Shown one piece after another: positions 8,941 to 17,703 of a stretch of DNA of 64,000 bases (positions are counted from its first letter, which is position 1; each line of letters opens with the position of its first letter). The notes under the pieces were generated by a model that was given only the letters and a program-made list of their open reading frames with translations, made no database searches and had not been told where the DNA came from. Location: positions 32,001 to 96,000 of the IMG/VR virus record IMGVR_UViG_3300049988_000245; one strand, given 5' to 3'. This DNA comes from a virus. Lineage: Duplodnaviria > Caudoviricetes. The translations under genes were made by a program, and so were the position numbers.

Positions 8941-10434
8941 ATGAATACCAATGAACAATACTCGTCTGCGATTCAAGAAATGCTGTTTCAATATATGATC
9001 ACGGACACTAATGCGTTCCTGATTAGCCGTGGAATTATCAAGCCAGAATACTTCCATGACCGCTTGAAGTCGGCGGTTCGCTACGTCCTTGAGCACACCG
9101 AGAAGGGTCGGCCGCTACCGAGCCCTGAGATGATCACCGCCTATACGGGCGTGCCGGTAAACAAGTTCGTCGATCCTCACCTGCATTACGACTGGTACAT
9201 GGAGAATATCGAGGGATTCGCCCGTTACAAGGCCCTCGAACTCACCATCATGGAATCCGTGGACCTGCTGGAGAACGGCGAAGGCGGAGAGGTTGAGCGT
9301 CGCATCAAGGAGGCGATGTCCATCTCCCTTCAGACCGATTTGGGCACCGATTACTTCCACGATCCCCTGGGTCGGCTGGAGCGGATGCGTGACCGGTCCA
9401 ACTACGTCAGCACGGGTTGGAAAGACCTCGACGATAAGCTGCTCGGAGGATTCACCCGTGGGGCGCTGAACGTCTGGGCGGGCGGCTCTGGATCGGGCAA
9501 GTCCCTGTGGCTCCAGAACATCGCCCTCAATTGGGTCTTTGCCGGGCTCAACGTGGTCTATTTCACGCTGGAGCTTTCCGAAGACCTCGTCTCGGTGCGC
9601 CTGGACGCGATGGTGTCCGATCGCGGCACCAAGGACGTGATGCGGGACATCAAGGGCGCGGCGGTTGCGATCAAGGCCCGACACAAGCGAGCCAACGCGC
9701 ACCCGGACAACAAGCCGGGCACGCTCATCGTCAAGAAGATGCCCGAGGCGGGCACCACGGCGAATGACCTTCGGGCGTTCCTGAAGGAGTTCGAGATCAA
9801 GAACGGCTACAAGCCGGACGCCCTGGTGATCGACTACCTCGATCTGATGAATCCGAACAACCGGAAAATCGATGCGACCAACGCGTTTGCCAAGGACAAG
9901 TACACATCCGAGGAGATGCGCGCACTCGCGGGTGAGTACAATTGCCTTCTGGCGACGGCGTCGCAGTTGAACCGCCAGTCCGTGGAGGCGACCGAGTTCG
10001 ACCATTCGCACATTGCGGGCGGCATCTCGAAGATCAATACGGCCGATAACGTGTTCGGCATCTTCACGAGCGCACCCATGCGGGAGCGCGGTGTCTACCA
10101 GATTCAGTTTCTGAAGACCCGCTCGTCATCCGCCGTGGGATCGAAGATCGAGCTTCAGTACAATCCCGAATCCATGCGGATCACCGACGCCGATGGCGGG
10201 GAGGCCGAACAGCGCCCCCTCTCGGCAGAGGAGCAGCGGGCCACGGCTCAGCGAATGGTTGCCGAGGTTCAAAAGCCCGGCACGTTGCCGCGCGGGATGT
10301 CACAACAGAGATTCGAGAATCAGGCGGAGCTTGCCAAGCCTGCCGCAGAAGCACCACCGAGTTCGGCCAGCGGCAAAGACATGCTCGCGCTGATGGCGAA
10401 GCTGAAGAATAACAACAAAACGAACGATCGCTGA
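8941..10434 (+). CDS. replicative DNA helicase (DnaB / T4 gp41-like)
   Basis: Walker A GGSGSGKS; TLELSE; VIDYLDLM; TASQLNR. Confidence 0.92.
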   Translation: MNTNEQYSSAIQEMLFQYMITDTNAFLISRGIIKPEYFHDRLKSAVRYVLEHTEKGRPLPSPEMITAYTGVPVNKFVDPHLHYDWYMENIEGFARYKALELTIMESVDLLENGEGGEVERRIKEAMSISLQTDLGTDYFHDPLGRLERMRDRSNYVSTGWKDLDDKLLGGFTRGALNVWAGGSGSGKSLWLQNIALNWVFAGLNVVYFTLELSEDLVSVRLDAMVSDRGTKDVMRDIKGAAVAIKARHKRANAHPDNKPGTLIVKKMPEAGTTANDLRAFLKEFEIKNGYKPDALVIDYLDLMNPNNRKIDATNAFAKDKYTSEEMRALAGEYNCLLATASQLNRQSVEATEFDHSHIAGGISKINTADNVFGIFTSAPMRERGVYQIQFLKTRSSSAVGSKIELQYNPESMRITDADGGEAEQRPLSAEEQRATAQRMVAEVQKPGTLPRGMSQQRFENQAELAKPAAEAPPSSASGKDMLALMAKLKNNNKTNDR

Positions 10435-10458
10435 AATTGCCAACCGACTAAATAGTCG

Positions 10459-10740
10459 ATGATGATGGAAGAATCAATGCGTAACTTCATCGTTCTCGCC
10501 GAAGCTTATATTGCAGCACCAGAGGACGATGTGGTTGAAACCGTTCAGGAGACCGTGGTTGAGCCTGCGCCGAGCGCATTGATTCTCCACGATCTCGATA
10601 TTCTTGTCACGCGCATGCGCACGTTTATGGAGTCCGAGTCGGGCGATTTCGGTCTGGGCGTGGAGACGGGCATGCAACAGGCGGCAGATATGATCGATAA
10701 TCTGATTCGTCGATATAATACAGGTGATCACGTTGAATAA
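10459..10740 (+). CDS. putative head-associated protein
   Basis: TAAATA at 10449; leader MRNFIVLAEA. Confidence 0.5.
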   Translation: MMMEESMRNFIVLAEAYIAAPEDDVVETVQETVVEPAPSALILHDLDILVTRMRTFMESESGDFGLGVETGMQQAADMIDNLIRRYNTGDHVE

Positions 10741-10987
10741 GAAATTCTCTGGTCTACTCGAAGAGTTGACGAACTATGCACCAACGCGAGATCGCGATCT
10801 ATTCATTGAAAGTCGCGCCCAACAGGTGATTGCGTCAGCATCACATCTCATCAATCTTATCGATGAGAACTACGACGACCAGACTGCGGATGAACTAAAA
10901 CGCAGACTGTTTAACTCGATCAAGAGCGGAGACGAAGGCAAGTTCCGCAGAAAGATTGGACAAATTCGCGAATCCAAGAAGGGGTAA
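10724..10987 (+). CDS. conserved jumbo-phage hypothetical protein
   Basis: Coupled ORF in the late cluster. Confidence 0.5.
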   Translation: MITLNKKFSGLLEELTNYAPTRDRDLFIESRAQQVIASASHLINLIDENYDDQTADELKRRLFNSIKSGDEGKFRRKIGQIRESKKG

Positions 10988-10992
10988 ACTCC

Positions 10993-12120
10993 GTGAAGAC
11001 TGACGAAGAACTCGTAAACGAGATCATGGAAGCCGGTTACGGCCACTCCAAGCCGAGCCTTCTCGGCACGGCGGCCCATTACGGTGCAAAGATGGCCGCC
11101 AAGGGTATCTACAAGGGCGTCAAGGCGGCCAAGAACGCCTACGACAGCCACCCGAACGTGCAGATGGCCAATCAGGCTGAGCTTCGTCAGAACGTCTACA
11201 GGAAATTGAATCAGGATTTCGCCCATTGGGAGCAGCGCATCTCCGGCTCGACCGGCGTTGAGCCGACCGAGGCAAATCTCCTGGCCTTCGCCAAGGAAGT
11301 CTACGGGTTCGATGCCACTTCGGTGCTGAGCACGATCCGGACCGCACCGAAGACGGCTACTACCCCGAAGGCGGCGCCTGCCGCTCCCGGTAAGGCTCCG
11401 GCGGCCCAGGCTGGGGAGATCGCACCCGCGCCCGCACCTGCCGCCAAGAACCCCAGGGTCGTGCAGCAGGACAAGGACGGCAAGCCGTTCTACAAGCACG
11501 ATTCCCGTGGGATCAACTTCGACGATCCGACGCTGAATGATCCGACAAACTCTCCGATCACCACGAACCAGCAGCGCAACCAGCAGCGCTTCCCCGAGAA
11601 GCCCCAGCAGTCCAAGAAGGGCAAGCCACACAAGAAGGAGTCGATCGATCTCTCGAAGTCGTTCAGCCAGATCGTCAAGGAGGCGGATGCGGCGGCGGTG
11701 AAGGCTCAAGCGGCCGAGACCGACAAGCTCAATACCGAGCAGACCCATGCGTTCTTCGACGGCATGGCTCGCCTCGTCCTGGGCAACCCCCAGATGGCCC
11801 AGAACTTCATCCAGAACGGCCAGATTGGCGCACCAACGGCGACGAACACCCAGGCGAGCGCTCCCGCGCAGAAGGGCGCTGGCAAGGCTCCTACGGCTCC
11901 GGCTGAAGCTGGTCCGGGCAACTCCGCACTCAAGGCGGAACTGAACAAGATCATCACCAAGATGGGTGCAAAGATCGACCCCTCGGTGATCCAGTCGCTC
12001 ACCGCGAAGCTCAAGGAGACGCCCGACCTGAAATCGGCCGTCGATCTGGTCGATTCTCCCCAGGAGATCGCAGCGGCCCGTGCCATCATGATCGCCGTGA
12101 TCATCGCGACGGAAATGTAA
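10993..12120 (+). CDS. putative internal head protein, Ala/Pro-rich
   Basis: GTG start with RBS; low-complexity linkers; late cluster. Confidence 0.5.
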   Translation: MKTDEELVNEIMEAGYGHSKPSLLGTAAHYGAKMAAKGIYKGVKAAKNAYDSHPNVQMANQAELRQNVYRKLNQDFAHWEQRISGSTGVEPTEANLLAFAKEVYGFDATSVLSTIRTAPKTATTPKAAPAAPGKAPAAQAGEIAPAPAPAAKNPRVVQQDKDGKPFYKHDSRGINFDDPTLNDPTNSPITTNQQRNQQRFPEKPQQSKKGKPHKKESIDLSKSFSQIVKEADAAAVKAQAAETDKLNTEQTHAFFDGMARLVLGNPQMAQNFIQNGQIGAPTATNTQASAPAQKGAGKAPTAPAEAGPGNSALKAELNKIITKMGAKIDPSVIQSLTAKLKETPDLKSAVDLVDSPQEIAAARAIMIAVIIATEM

Positions 12121-12722
12121 TGGATTTCCTCAAGACCCTCTGCGAGAGCAAGCTATTCCCCTCGCAGAAAAGCCTCGAATCTAAGTCTCGCTCGCAGATC
12201 GCCGATCTCGCATTCCGGTACATCCTGATCTTGCGGATTCTTCTGCTGGAAGAGGAGACCCATGATTTCGCCAAGGGCTACGTGAAGAAGTCCGCCGAAT
12301 GGGGCAACTTCCACAAGTGGCACCCGAACGCGAACGACTTCTATCTACTCCTTCACGGCCTGTCCGAGGTCGATCACCCGGCAAAGACCAAGGATCACTT
12401 TCCGCTCAACCTCGATACGATCCAGCGCTGGCTCAACGCGCTTGGTCGTGGCCAGGGCAACGAGGCGACCACACGCCGGATTTTCATGCGGCTCGACTCC
12501 GACCTCAAGATTCAGAACCAGACACTGCGCGGCCAACGCCGAATCGTGATGAATTGGGAAGACCAGACCACGCGCGAGCGCGCCGATACGTCGGAGAAGC
12601 TGTTCAAGGCCCTTCGGCACGATGCCCCGCGCAGCGAGATTCTAAAACCCCTGATGAAGATCGTCGATCAGTATCAGAAAGAACGCGACGACGAGATTAA
12701 CAAAACGGAGACCGACCAATGA
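12120..12722 (+). CDS. hypothetical virion protein
   Basis: Coupled start; MDFLKTLCES leader. Confidence 0.5.
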   Translation: MDFLKTLCESKLFPSQKSLESKSRSQIADLAFRYILILRILLLEEETHDFAKGYVKKSAEWGNFHKWHPNANDFYLLLHGLSEVDHPAKTKDHFPLNLDTIQRWLNALGRGQGNEATTRRIFMRLDSDLKIQNQTLRGQRRIVMNWEDQTTRERADTSEKLFKALRHDAPRSEILKPLMKIVDQYQKERDDEINKTETDQ

Positions 12723-12931
12723 ACGTACAAGACCTTCTTGGTCGTTCGATCCGCAAGGTGATCGAGAACGCCACGTCCGGCGCTACAAGCGCGGCCAGCA
12801 TCGCAACCAGCACCGCAGGCACCGGAAAAGGTGCAATCGGTGTTGGATTCGACCCCAATGGGAACAAGGGAATCTACCAGGGCAAGCTGAAAAAGCAGTC
12901 CTCCAAAGGATCGAACATTATTCGTCGATAA
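12719..12931 (+). CDS. small putative head protein
   Basis: ENATSGATSAASIA low-complexity motif; ATGA overlap. Confidence 0.5.
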   Translation: MNVQDLLGRSIRKVIENATSGATSAASIATSTAGTGKGAIGVGFDPNGNKGIYQGKLKKQSSKGSNIIRR

Positions 12932-12996
12932 TTGTCACCCCTTTTAACCCTTTTGCATAAATACTTTCACAACAACCTTTTGATGAGGTAATTCAC

Positions 12997-13329
12997 ATGT
13001 ACGCAAACAAGGTCAATGGTAAGGTTTTCGCAGGCGACTTCCTCGGCGCGAATCTTCAGTTCTACGCAGTCACCACTTCGGTTGACATTACCGGCGCTTC
13101 CGCTCAGTCGCAGGCTGCTCTGGACAAGCTCGTCGAGGTCATCTCCCTGAACGGCCAGCCGGTCATCATGGGCGCCCCGACCGGTACCGGTCCGTACGTT
13201 CTGCGCTTCGCCGTCGAGCACACCAACGCCTGGGGCGACAACGCCGCTCTCGTTGCCGCGATCAAGCAGCACGCTCCGGTTGAGTTCGGCGCGTCCACCA
13301 CGACCGCCGTCATCGGCGAGACCCTCTAA
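12997..13329 (+). CDS. putative abundant virion structural protein
   Basis: CATAAATA at 12956, GAGG RBS, strongly biased codon usage, own terminator. Confidence 0.6.
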   Translation: MYANKVNGKVFAGDFLGANLQFYAVTTSVDITGASAQSQAALDKLVEVISLNGQPVIMGAPTGTGPYVLRFAVEHTNAWGDNAALVAAIKQHAPVEFGASTTTAVIGETL

Positions 13330-13357
13330 GTCAATACTCCCTAACGGGAATTGATTG

Positions 13358-13386
13358 AACCCGGCGCTTCGGCGTCGGGTTTTTTT
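13358..13386 (+). terminator. intrinsic terminator
   Basis: ACCCGGCGC-TTCG-GCGTCGGGT followed by a T-run. Confidence 0.85.
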
Positions 13387-13393
13387 ATAAATA
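13386..13393 (+). promoter_or_regulatory. T4-type late promoter TATAAATA
   Basis: Exact T4 late consensus ahead of a virion gene pair. Confidence 0.7.
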
Positions 13394-13418
13394 CAGTAGA
13401 ATTTAATGTTGAGTACCC

Positions 13419-13574
13419 ATGATTATTCACGATCTATTTGAGCTTGCATCACCAAAGCCCAAGCATGTTTGGTCCAAACGCGGGAAAGCGGTTGAGAAGC
13501 GTGTCGAGCGCGAGCCGGATACGCGCATCACGGGTCGTACTCAGCTTGCTGTGAAGGACAATAAGAATGGCTGA
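13419..13574 (+). CDS. 51 aa basic small protein (not in the track)
   Basis: MIIHDLFELASPKPKHVW...; follows the late promoter and overlaps the next start. Confidence 0.5.
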   Translation: MIIHDLFELASPKPKHVWSKRGKAVEKRVEREPDTRITGRTQLAVKDNKNG

Positions 13575-14430
13575 TTCTGACGCAATCAACAAGGCCGCCA
13601 AGCTGCTCGGCATCGACCGGGATGAGGTCACCAAGCGGATGGAGAAGATGCCCGTCAACGCGGTGATCGACGCACTCGATGCGGTTGCATCCGGTGACGA
13701 AGAGCGCGTTCGCGAACTCCTCGGGAATGATGTGGATGAGGACGGCGGTCTGGAATCTCCTGAGAAGAACGTCGAGGATGACGACGAGTTCGAGATCAAC
13801 CCTCTCTTCATGAAGCGGAACAACGCGAAGAAGAAGCAGTCCGAAAAGGAGGTTGAGGAGGAAGCCTTCTCCCCCAACATCGGCGACGAGGTCCGTGTGA
13901 ACGGAGAAGAGGGAATCGTTAAGGTCGTTCATGGCCCGAATGATACGACCGGCGTGATGATCGACGGTCAGACTACCATGGTTAAGAAAGCACAGGTGAA
14001 GCGCGTGAAGACTCAGGAAAGTGTTATTGAAGAAGGTCTAATGGGAATGACCCCGATGATCGACCTGCGTCGCATGCAGGAACTCGCCGGTATGACCCCA
14101 GGGGCGTCGCCGCTCTCCCCAGGTCGTGTGGACTTGGCTGGTTCCTCGGATGCCGTGGAAGGCCCTCCAGCGCCCGTGGACGCCGTCGAGGTGTCTGTGG
14201 AGCCCGCACCAGCACCGATTCCACCGATGCCCGCCCCTGTGGCTCCTACGGCGGCTCCTGAGGCGAATCTGACCGCTGTTAGCATCGACGGCGTCATGTC
14301 GTCGTTCGATCAGATCGAGGCGGCTCTTCCGAACATCGCTCTGGGCGACGCCAAGACGGTCCGTGAGCGCATCAATGCGATCATGGCCCTGCTCAACGAA
14401 GGTCTTGACGGTCGCAAGCGCAAAATCTAA
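13567..14430 (+). CDS. acidic head scaffold/core-like protein
   Basis: Very acidic with low-complexity segments; late cluster. Confidence 0.45.
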   Translation: MADSDAINKAAKLLGIDRDEVTKRMEKMPVNAVIDALDAVASGDEERVRELLGNDVDEDGGLESPEKNVEDDDEFEINPLFMKRNNAKKKQSEKEVEEEAFSPNIGDEVRVNGEEGIVKVVHGPNDTTGVMIDGQTTMVKKAQVKRVKTQESVIEEGLMGMTPMIDLRRMQELAGMTPGASPLSPGRVDLAGSSDAVEGPPAPVDAVEVSVEPAPAPIPPMPAPVAPTAAPEANLTAVSIDGVMSSFDQIEAALPNIALGDAKTVRERINAIMALLNEGLDGRKRKI

Positions 14431-14704
14431 ACCCCCGCTGGGCTCCGGCCACTGTGCAAAAGCATACGCTCGCCCTGAATTGACAGGGGGTCCCCGGTGA
14501 GTAGCTACCTCGAAACCGGGATGGGAGTTTTTCAATTTGACTGTTCCGAATCTACGGAATAGTCTGACTAGGTCACCCAGGCAGGCACTGGATTCGTCCA
14601 TCCTCCACCAGTGAGCTTACACAACGGTCGCTCGGTGAGTTGCAACCTCGAAGCCGAGATGTGGGTATTTGTGAGGGGGTTTGGCCGCAAGGCTGGACCC
14701 CCTT
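14431..14704 (+). ncRNA. candidate structured ncRNA with twin palindromic-loop hairpins
   Basis: Two covarying copies of CGGTGAG-palindrome-CCTCGAA-RCCG, UUCG and GCAA tetraloops; G-U pairs favour the + strand. Confidence 0.55.
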
Positions 14705-14709
14705 AAAGT

Positions 14710-15042
14710 TTACAGGCACACCCTGAGCATGACGAAGTCGCGCTGGCAGTCTTCGACGGAGCCGCCGAACGAGGTCACGTCGAATCCCTCACCGCTGAAG
14801 AGTCCCCGGACGCCCCAGGTGGACGTGTAGAGGCGTTGGGTCCAGTGGCGGCGCAGATCGGCGATCACCCATATTCCCCCAGCATAAGCCTTCCAGCGAC
14901 GAGCCGAATACTTGCTCTTTTCGTAGTCCGAATGAGCCTTGGGAATCGCGTTCATCAGCCCGGTGAAATCGAGTGCCGCGATCTCAGGCGGCGGATCGAT
15001 GTACTTGAGAGCGTACGAGGGTTTTGGTCTGGTCTCTGACAT
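14710..15042 (-). CDS. hypothetical protein
   Basis: 110 aa ORF ending at the RNA candidate. Confidence 0.5.
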   Translation of the reverse strand: MSETRPKPSYALKYIDPPPEIAALDFTGLMNAIPKAHSDYEKSKYSARRWKAYAGGIWVIADLRRHWTQRLYTSTWGVRGLFSGEGFDVTSFGGSVEDCQRDFVMLRVCL

Positions 15043-15071
15043 GCCTCATTATAAGGCATGTCGTGAGGAAA

Positions 15072-15683
15072 TCAAACCTTACGCTTGGTGACGAAGAAGC
15101 GGCTTTCCTCGAACTCGATCTCATATCCCCAGGTCCCGAGGCTCTGGACCCATTCCTGAACGTTGCCACCGCCGAATACCTGGGCGTCGCCATCGTCAGT
15201 GATGTATCCGACCGTGAATCCCTTATGGACGGCCTCGGACATCCGCGCGATCCAGTAGGCTTTTCCCGCCTGGGTATGAGTCTTATCCGAGAGGATCGTA
15301 TCGTAATTCTGAATCATCGGTCCCCAGAACATCTTCTGGGCGATATCTTTAACCGGGCAATCGGGTGACTTCCACAGCATGTAGGTTGAACAGCACCGAC
15401 CAAGACCATCGAGCTTGTAAATTTCGTACTGCGCGGTATAGCAGACCTTCTTGTTGACGATATCCAACAGGAAGAGTTCGCCCTCATGCTCCTCAACAAT
15501 GTTGCCGATCACATAGTGATCATTCTCCACCAGGGGATTGTATTGGCTTCGAATCAAGCGCTGATACTCTAACGTGTTCACCTCCGGGTGATTCACGTTG
15601 ACATCATCGGCCTGAGACTGTGGGACGAGTGCTGGCATCTCCGTAAGCGGGACGACAGCTTCCATAAGATCGCGCATATTCAT
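15072..15683 (-). CDS. putative packaged protein, GNAT-like motif
   Basis: Leader MNMRDLMEA; SDKTHTQAGKAYW; TAAATA on - near 15689. Confidence 0.45.
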   Translation of the reverse strand: MNMRDLMEAVVPLTEMPALVPQSQADDVNVNHPEVNTLEYQRLIRSQYNPLVENDHYVIGNIVEEHEGELFLLDIVNKKVCYTAQYEIYKLDGLGRCCSTYMLWKSPDCPVKDIAQKMFWGPMIQNYDTILSDKTHTQAGKAYWIARMSEAVHKGFTVGYITDDGDAQVFGGGNVQEWVQSLGTWGYEIEFEESRFFVTKRKV

Positions 15684-15691
15684 GCGCTTAT

Positions 15692-16549
15692 TTATCGGAA
15701 TCCCAATTGCAAGTAGGTCGCCATGGTCTCACTCGACGCCAGCATGAGCAGCCGATACATTACCGGAACCTGCGGGTACACCGGCTCAGGCGTATCGATA
15801 GCGATTTTCTTCTGGGCCAGGAAGGCTTTTTGGATCGGCTCGCACAATGCGTAGGTCTCGGCCTGATCGTCGTTTCGGAATCGGCATACGACGGCACCTC
15901 CCCCGAGGGTACGGACGACAAGAAGCTCGAACGACGGTAAGGCGCGATCGTCCTTCAGGTAGCGTTTAAGGTGAAGCGTTCGAGCGTTTGACAGCCGATC
16001 ACACAGGGTAAAGCCGTCGTCCGGGCGGTAGCCGCGATCCAGCACCTTATTCAGCGGGTTGTGCGCGGCAGCATCTCCTTCGATCCAGCCCGTATCGGCG
16101 ACAAACGGCTGCTTCTCGGCCTCTAGCAAGGCCGCGCTGACCAGCCGGGCGGTTTCTGAACTGATCTGGGCAAGTTTCTTCCGTTCTTCCTTAGCGAAAT
16201 AGCCACGTCCGGTTGACCGTAGCGCCGGGCGCGGCTTCTGCAATTGAAACCGCCCATACGGGTCGCGCAGCCACGTCTCAATCCGGGCGTCCTCCAGAGA
16301 GGGCGTGGGTAGAACATGGCGATTCGCAGTCAAGACAATCCGCCCTGATGCGGTGATCTCGAACGCCGTGTGGGTCTTATTCGCGTAGACGACCCGAGTC
16401 TGTTTCAGATGACCATCGTGAACGAGCTTACGCAGGTCGCGATTGGTCGAAGCCATCCCACCCTGACAGTTCACCTCGATCGGCTTGGTCTCCGCCTTCG
16501 ACAGAAGCTCAACCCGGCGGACCAGAGACCGGGCCTTATCTGCACTCAC
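15692..16549 (-). CDS. hypothetical protein
   Basis: 285 aa ORF coupled to the upstream gene. Confidence 0.5.
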   Translation of the reverse strand: MSADKARSLVRRVELLSKAETKPIEVNCQGGMASTNRDLRKLVHDGHLKQTRVVYANKTHTAFEITASGRIVLTANRHVLPTPSLEDARIETWLRDPYGRFQLQKPRPALRSTGRGYFAKEERKKLAQISSETARLVSAALLEAEKQPFVADTGWIEGDAAAHNPLNKVLDRGYRPDDGFTLCDRLSNARTLHLKRYLKDDRALPSFELLVVRTLGGGAVVCRFRNDDQAETYALCEPIQKAFLAQKKIAIDTPEPVYPQVPVMYRLLMLASSETMATYLQLGFR

Positions 16550-16752
16550 GAGGTGGTCTCCGGAAAGATCGCAAATCCGCCATCATGGGAGTCGGTATCG
16601 GAAAAATAGAACCCTCCGAGGTCATGTCCAGCCTCGACACGCTCGGCGATATTACGCAGAAGTCGCGACGCAACAGCAGCGTGCTCAGGTCCAATGACTT
16701 CACCCTCGCCAATGACGACGGAGACTTCAAGCTTGATACGGGGCTTCTTCAC
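16546..16752 (-). CDS. hypothetical protein
   Basis: 68 aa; GGAG RBS; overlaps the next gene. Confidence 0.45.
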   Translation of the reverse strand: MKKPRIKLEVSVVIGEGEVIGPEHAAVASRLLRNIAERVEAGHDLGGFYFSDTDSHDGGFAIFPETTS

Positions 16753-16853
16753 GCGACGATCCTATAGTGATTCAGATTACAATCCCACAAATTTCAAATT
16801 TGGTCAAACCGTTTTTAAGATGGTAAATAGTAGTAGTTAATGAAAGGTCAGAC

Positions 16854-17606
16854 ATGCTTACTGTTGCGTGCGTATTTAAGACATTTACCCAGGGAATCTA
16901 CGGCGGCGCCTATAACGATGCTTGGATTCAGAAACTCCAGAGGAGCGTTGCCAAGCACCTGTCGGTCCCGCACCGGTTTGTCTGCCTCAGCAACAGCTTT
17001 ATCCCGCATGTGGACGTAATTCCTCTCCAGAATGATTGGGAAGGTTGGTGGTCGAAGATCGAGATGTTCCGTCCCGGCCTATTCAAGGGTCCGGTTCTAT
17101 CGTTCGATCTTGATGTTACAGTGTTGAGTTCGATCGACCACATGGCCGGACCGTTTCCGAACATGATGATGCTCCGGGATATTATCCCGACGATCAACAA
17201 CTCTACCTGCATGTGGTGGGACGCCTCGGACCCCGCATACGGTAAGATTTACGAAACGTTCAAGGCCGACCCGGATGGGCTGAAGAAGAAGCACCACGTG
17301 TTCAACACGCAGTCGATGGGAGACCAGGGCTTCATCAACGAGATTGTCACCGGCCAGGGTAAGCAGATCGACATTTGGCAGGACAAATTCGGTGACGAGC
17401 AGTTCGTACCATTTTCGTTCTTCAGCCGTTTGAATCCGATCATGAACGATATTAAGCCGTCGCCCGATCCATTCTCGTTCCTTAATACCCTGAAGGAACC
17501 ACAGATGAATCCAGAACTTCAACGGGCCAAGCTAGTATACTGCCTTGGTAAACCAAAATTTGATTCTTATAATGATCTTGTTGTTGTTAAAAAGAATTGG
17601 GTGTAA
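16854..17606 (+). CDS. glycosyltransferase (GT-A fold, phage type)
   Basis: TVACV, HRFVCLS, WWSKIEMF, FDLDV (DxD), GDQGFI; TAAATA at 16824. Confidence 0.7.
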   Translation: MLTVACVFKTFTQGIYGGAYNDAWIQKLQRSVAKHLSVPHRFVCLSNSFIPHVDVIPLQNDWEGWWSKIEMFRPGLFKGPVLSFDLDVTVLSSIDHMAGPFPNMMMLRDIIPTINNSTCMWWDASDPAYGKIYETFKADPDGLKKKHHVFNTQSMGDQGFINEIVTGQGKQIDIWQDKFGDEQFVPFSFFSRLNPIMNDIKPSPDPFSFLNTLKEPQMNPELQRAKLVYCLGKPKFDSYNDLVVVKKNWV

Positions 17607-17671
17607 GATAACATGCTATCAGGATCACATATATTTGACAATGTGACTGCTGATATATTCATTTTTTATAC

Positions 17672-17679
17672 TATAAATA
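17672..17679 (+). promoter_or_regulatory. T4-type late promoter TATAAATA
   Basis: Directly upstream of the fibre gene. Confidence 0.7.
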
Positions 17680-17703
17680 CTTCGCAAATATTTGAGGTCA
17701 TTA

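Noticed and set aside
9115-10011. Long antisense ORFs (also 10870-11748, 41349-42278, 44471-45268, 45229-46083, 54536-55525)
   Set aside because: High-GC shadow frames opposite well-supported genes, with no RBS or motifs.
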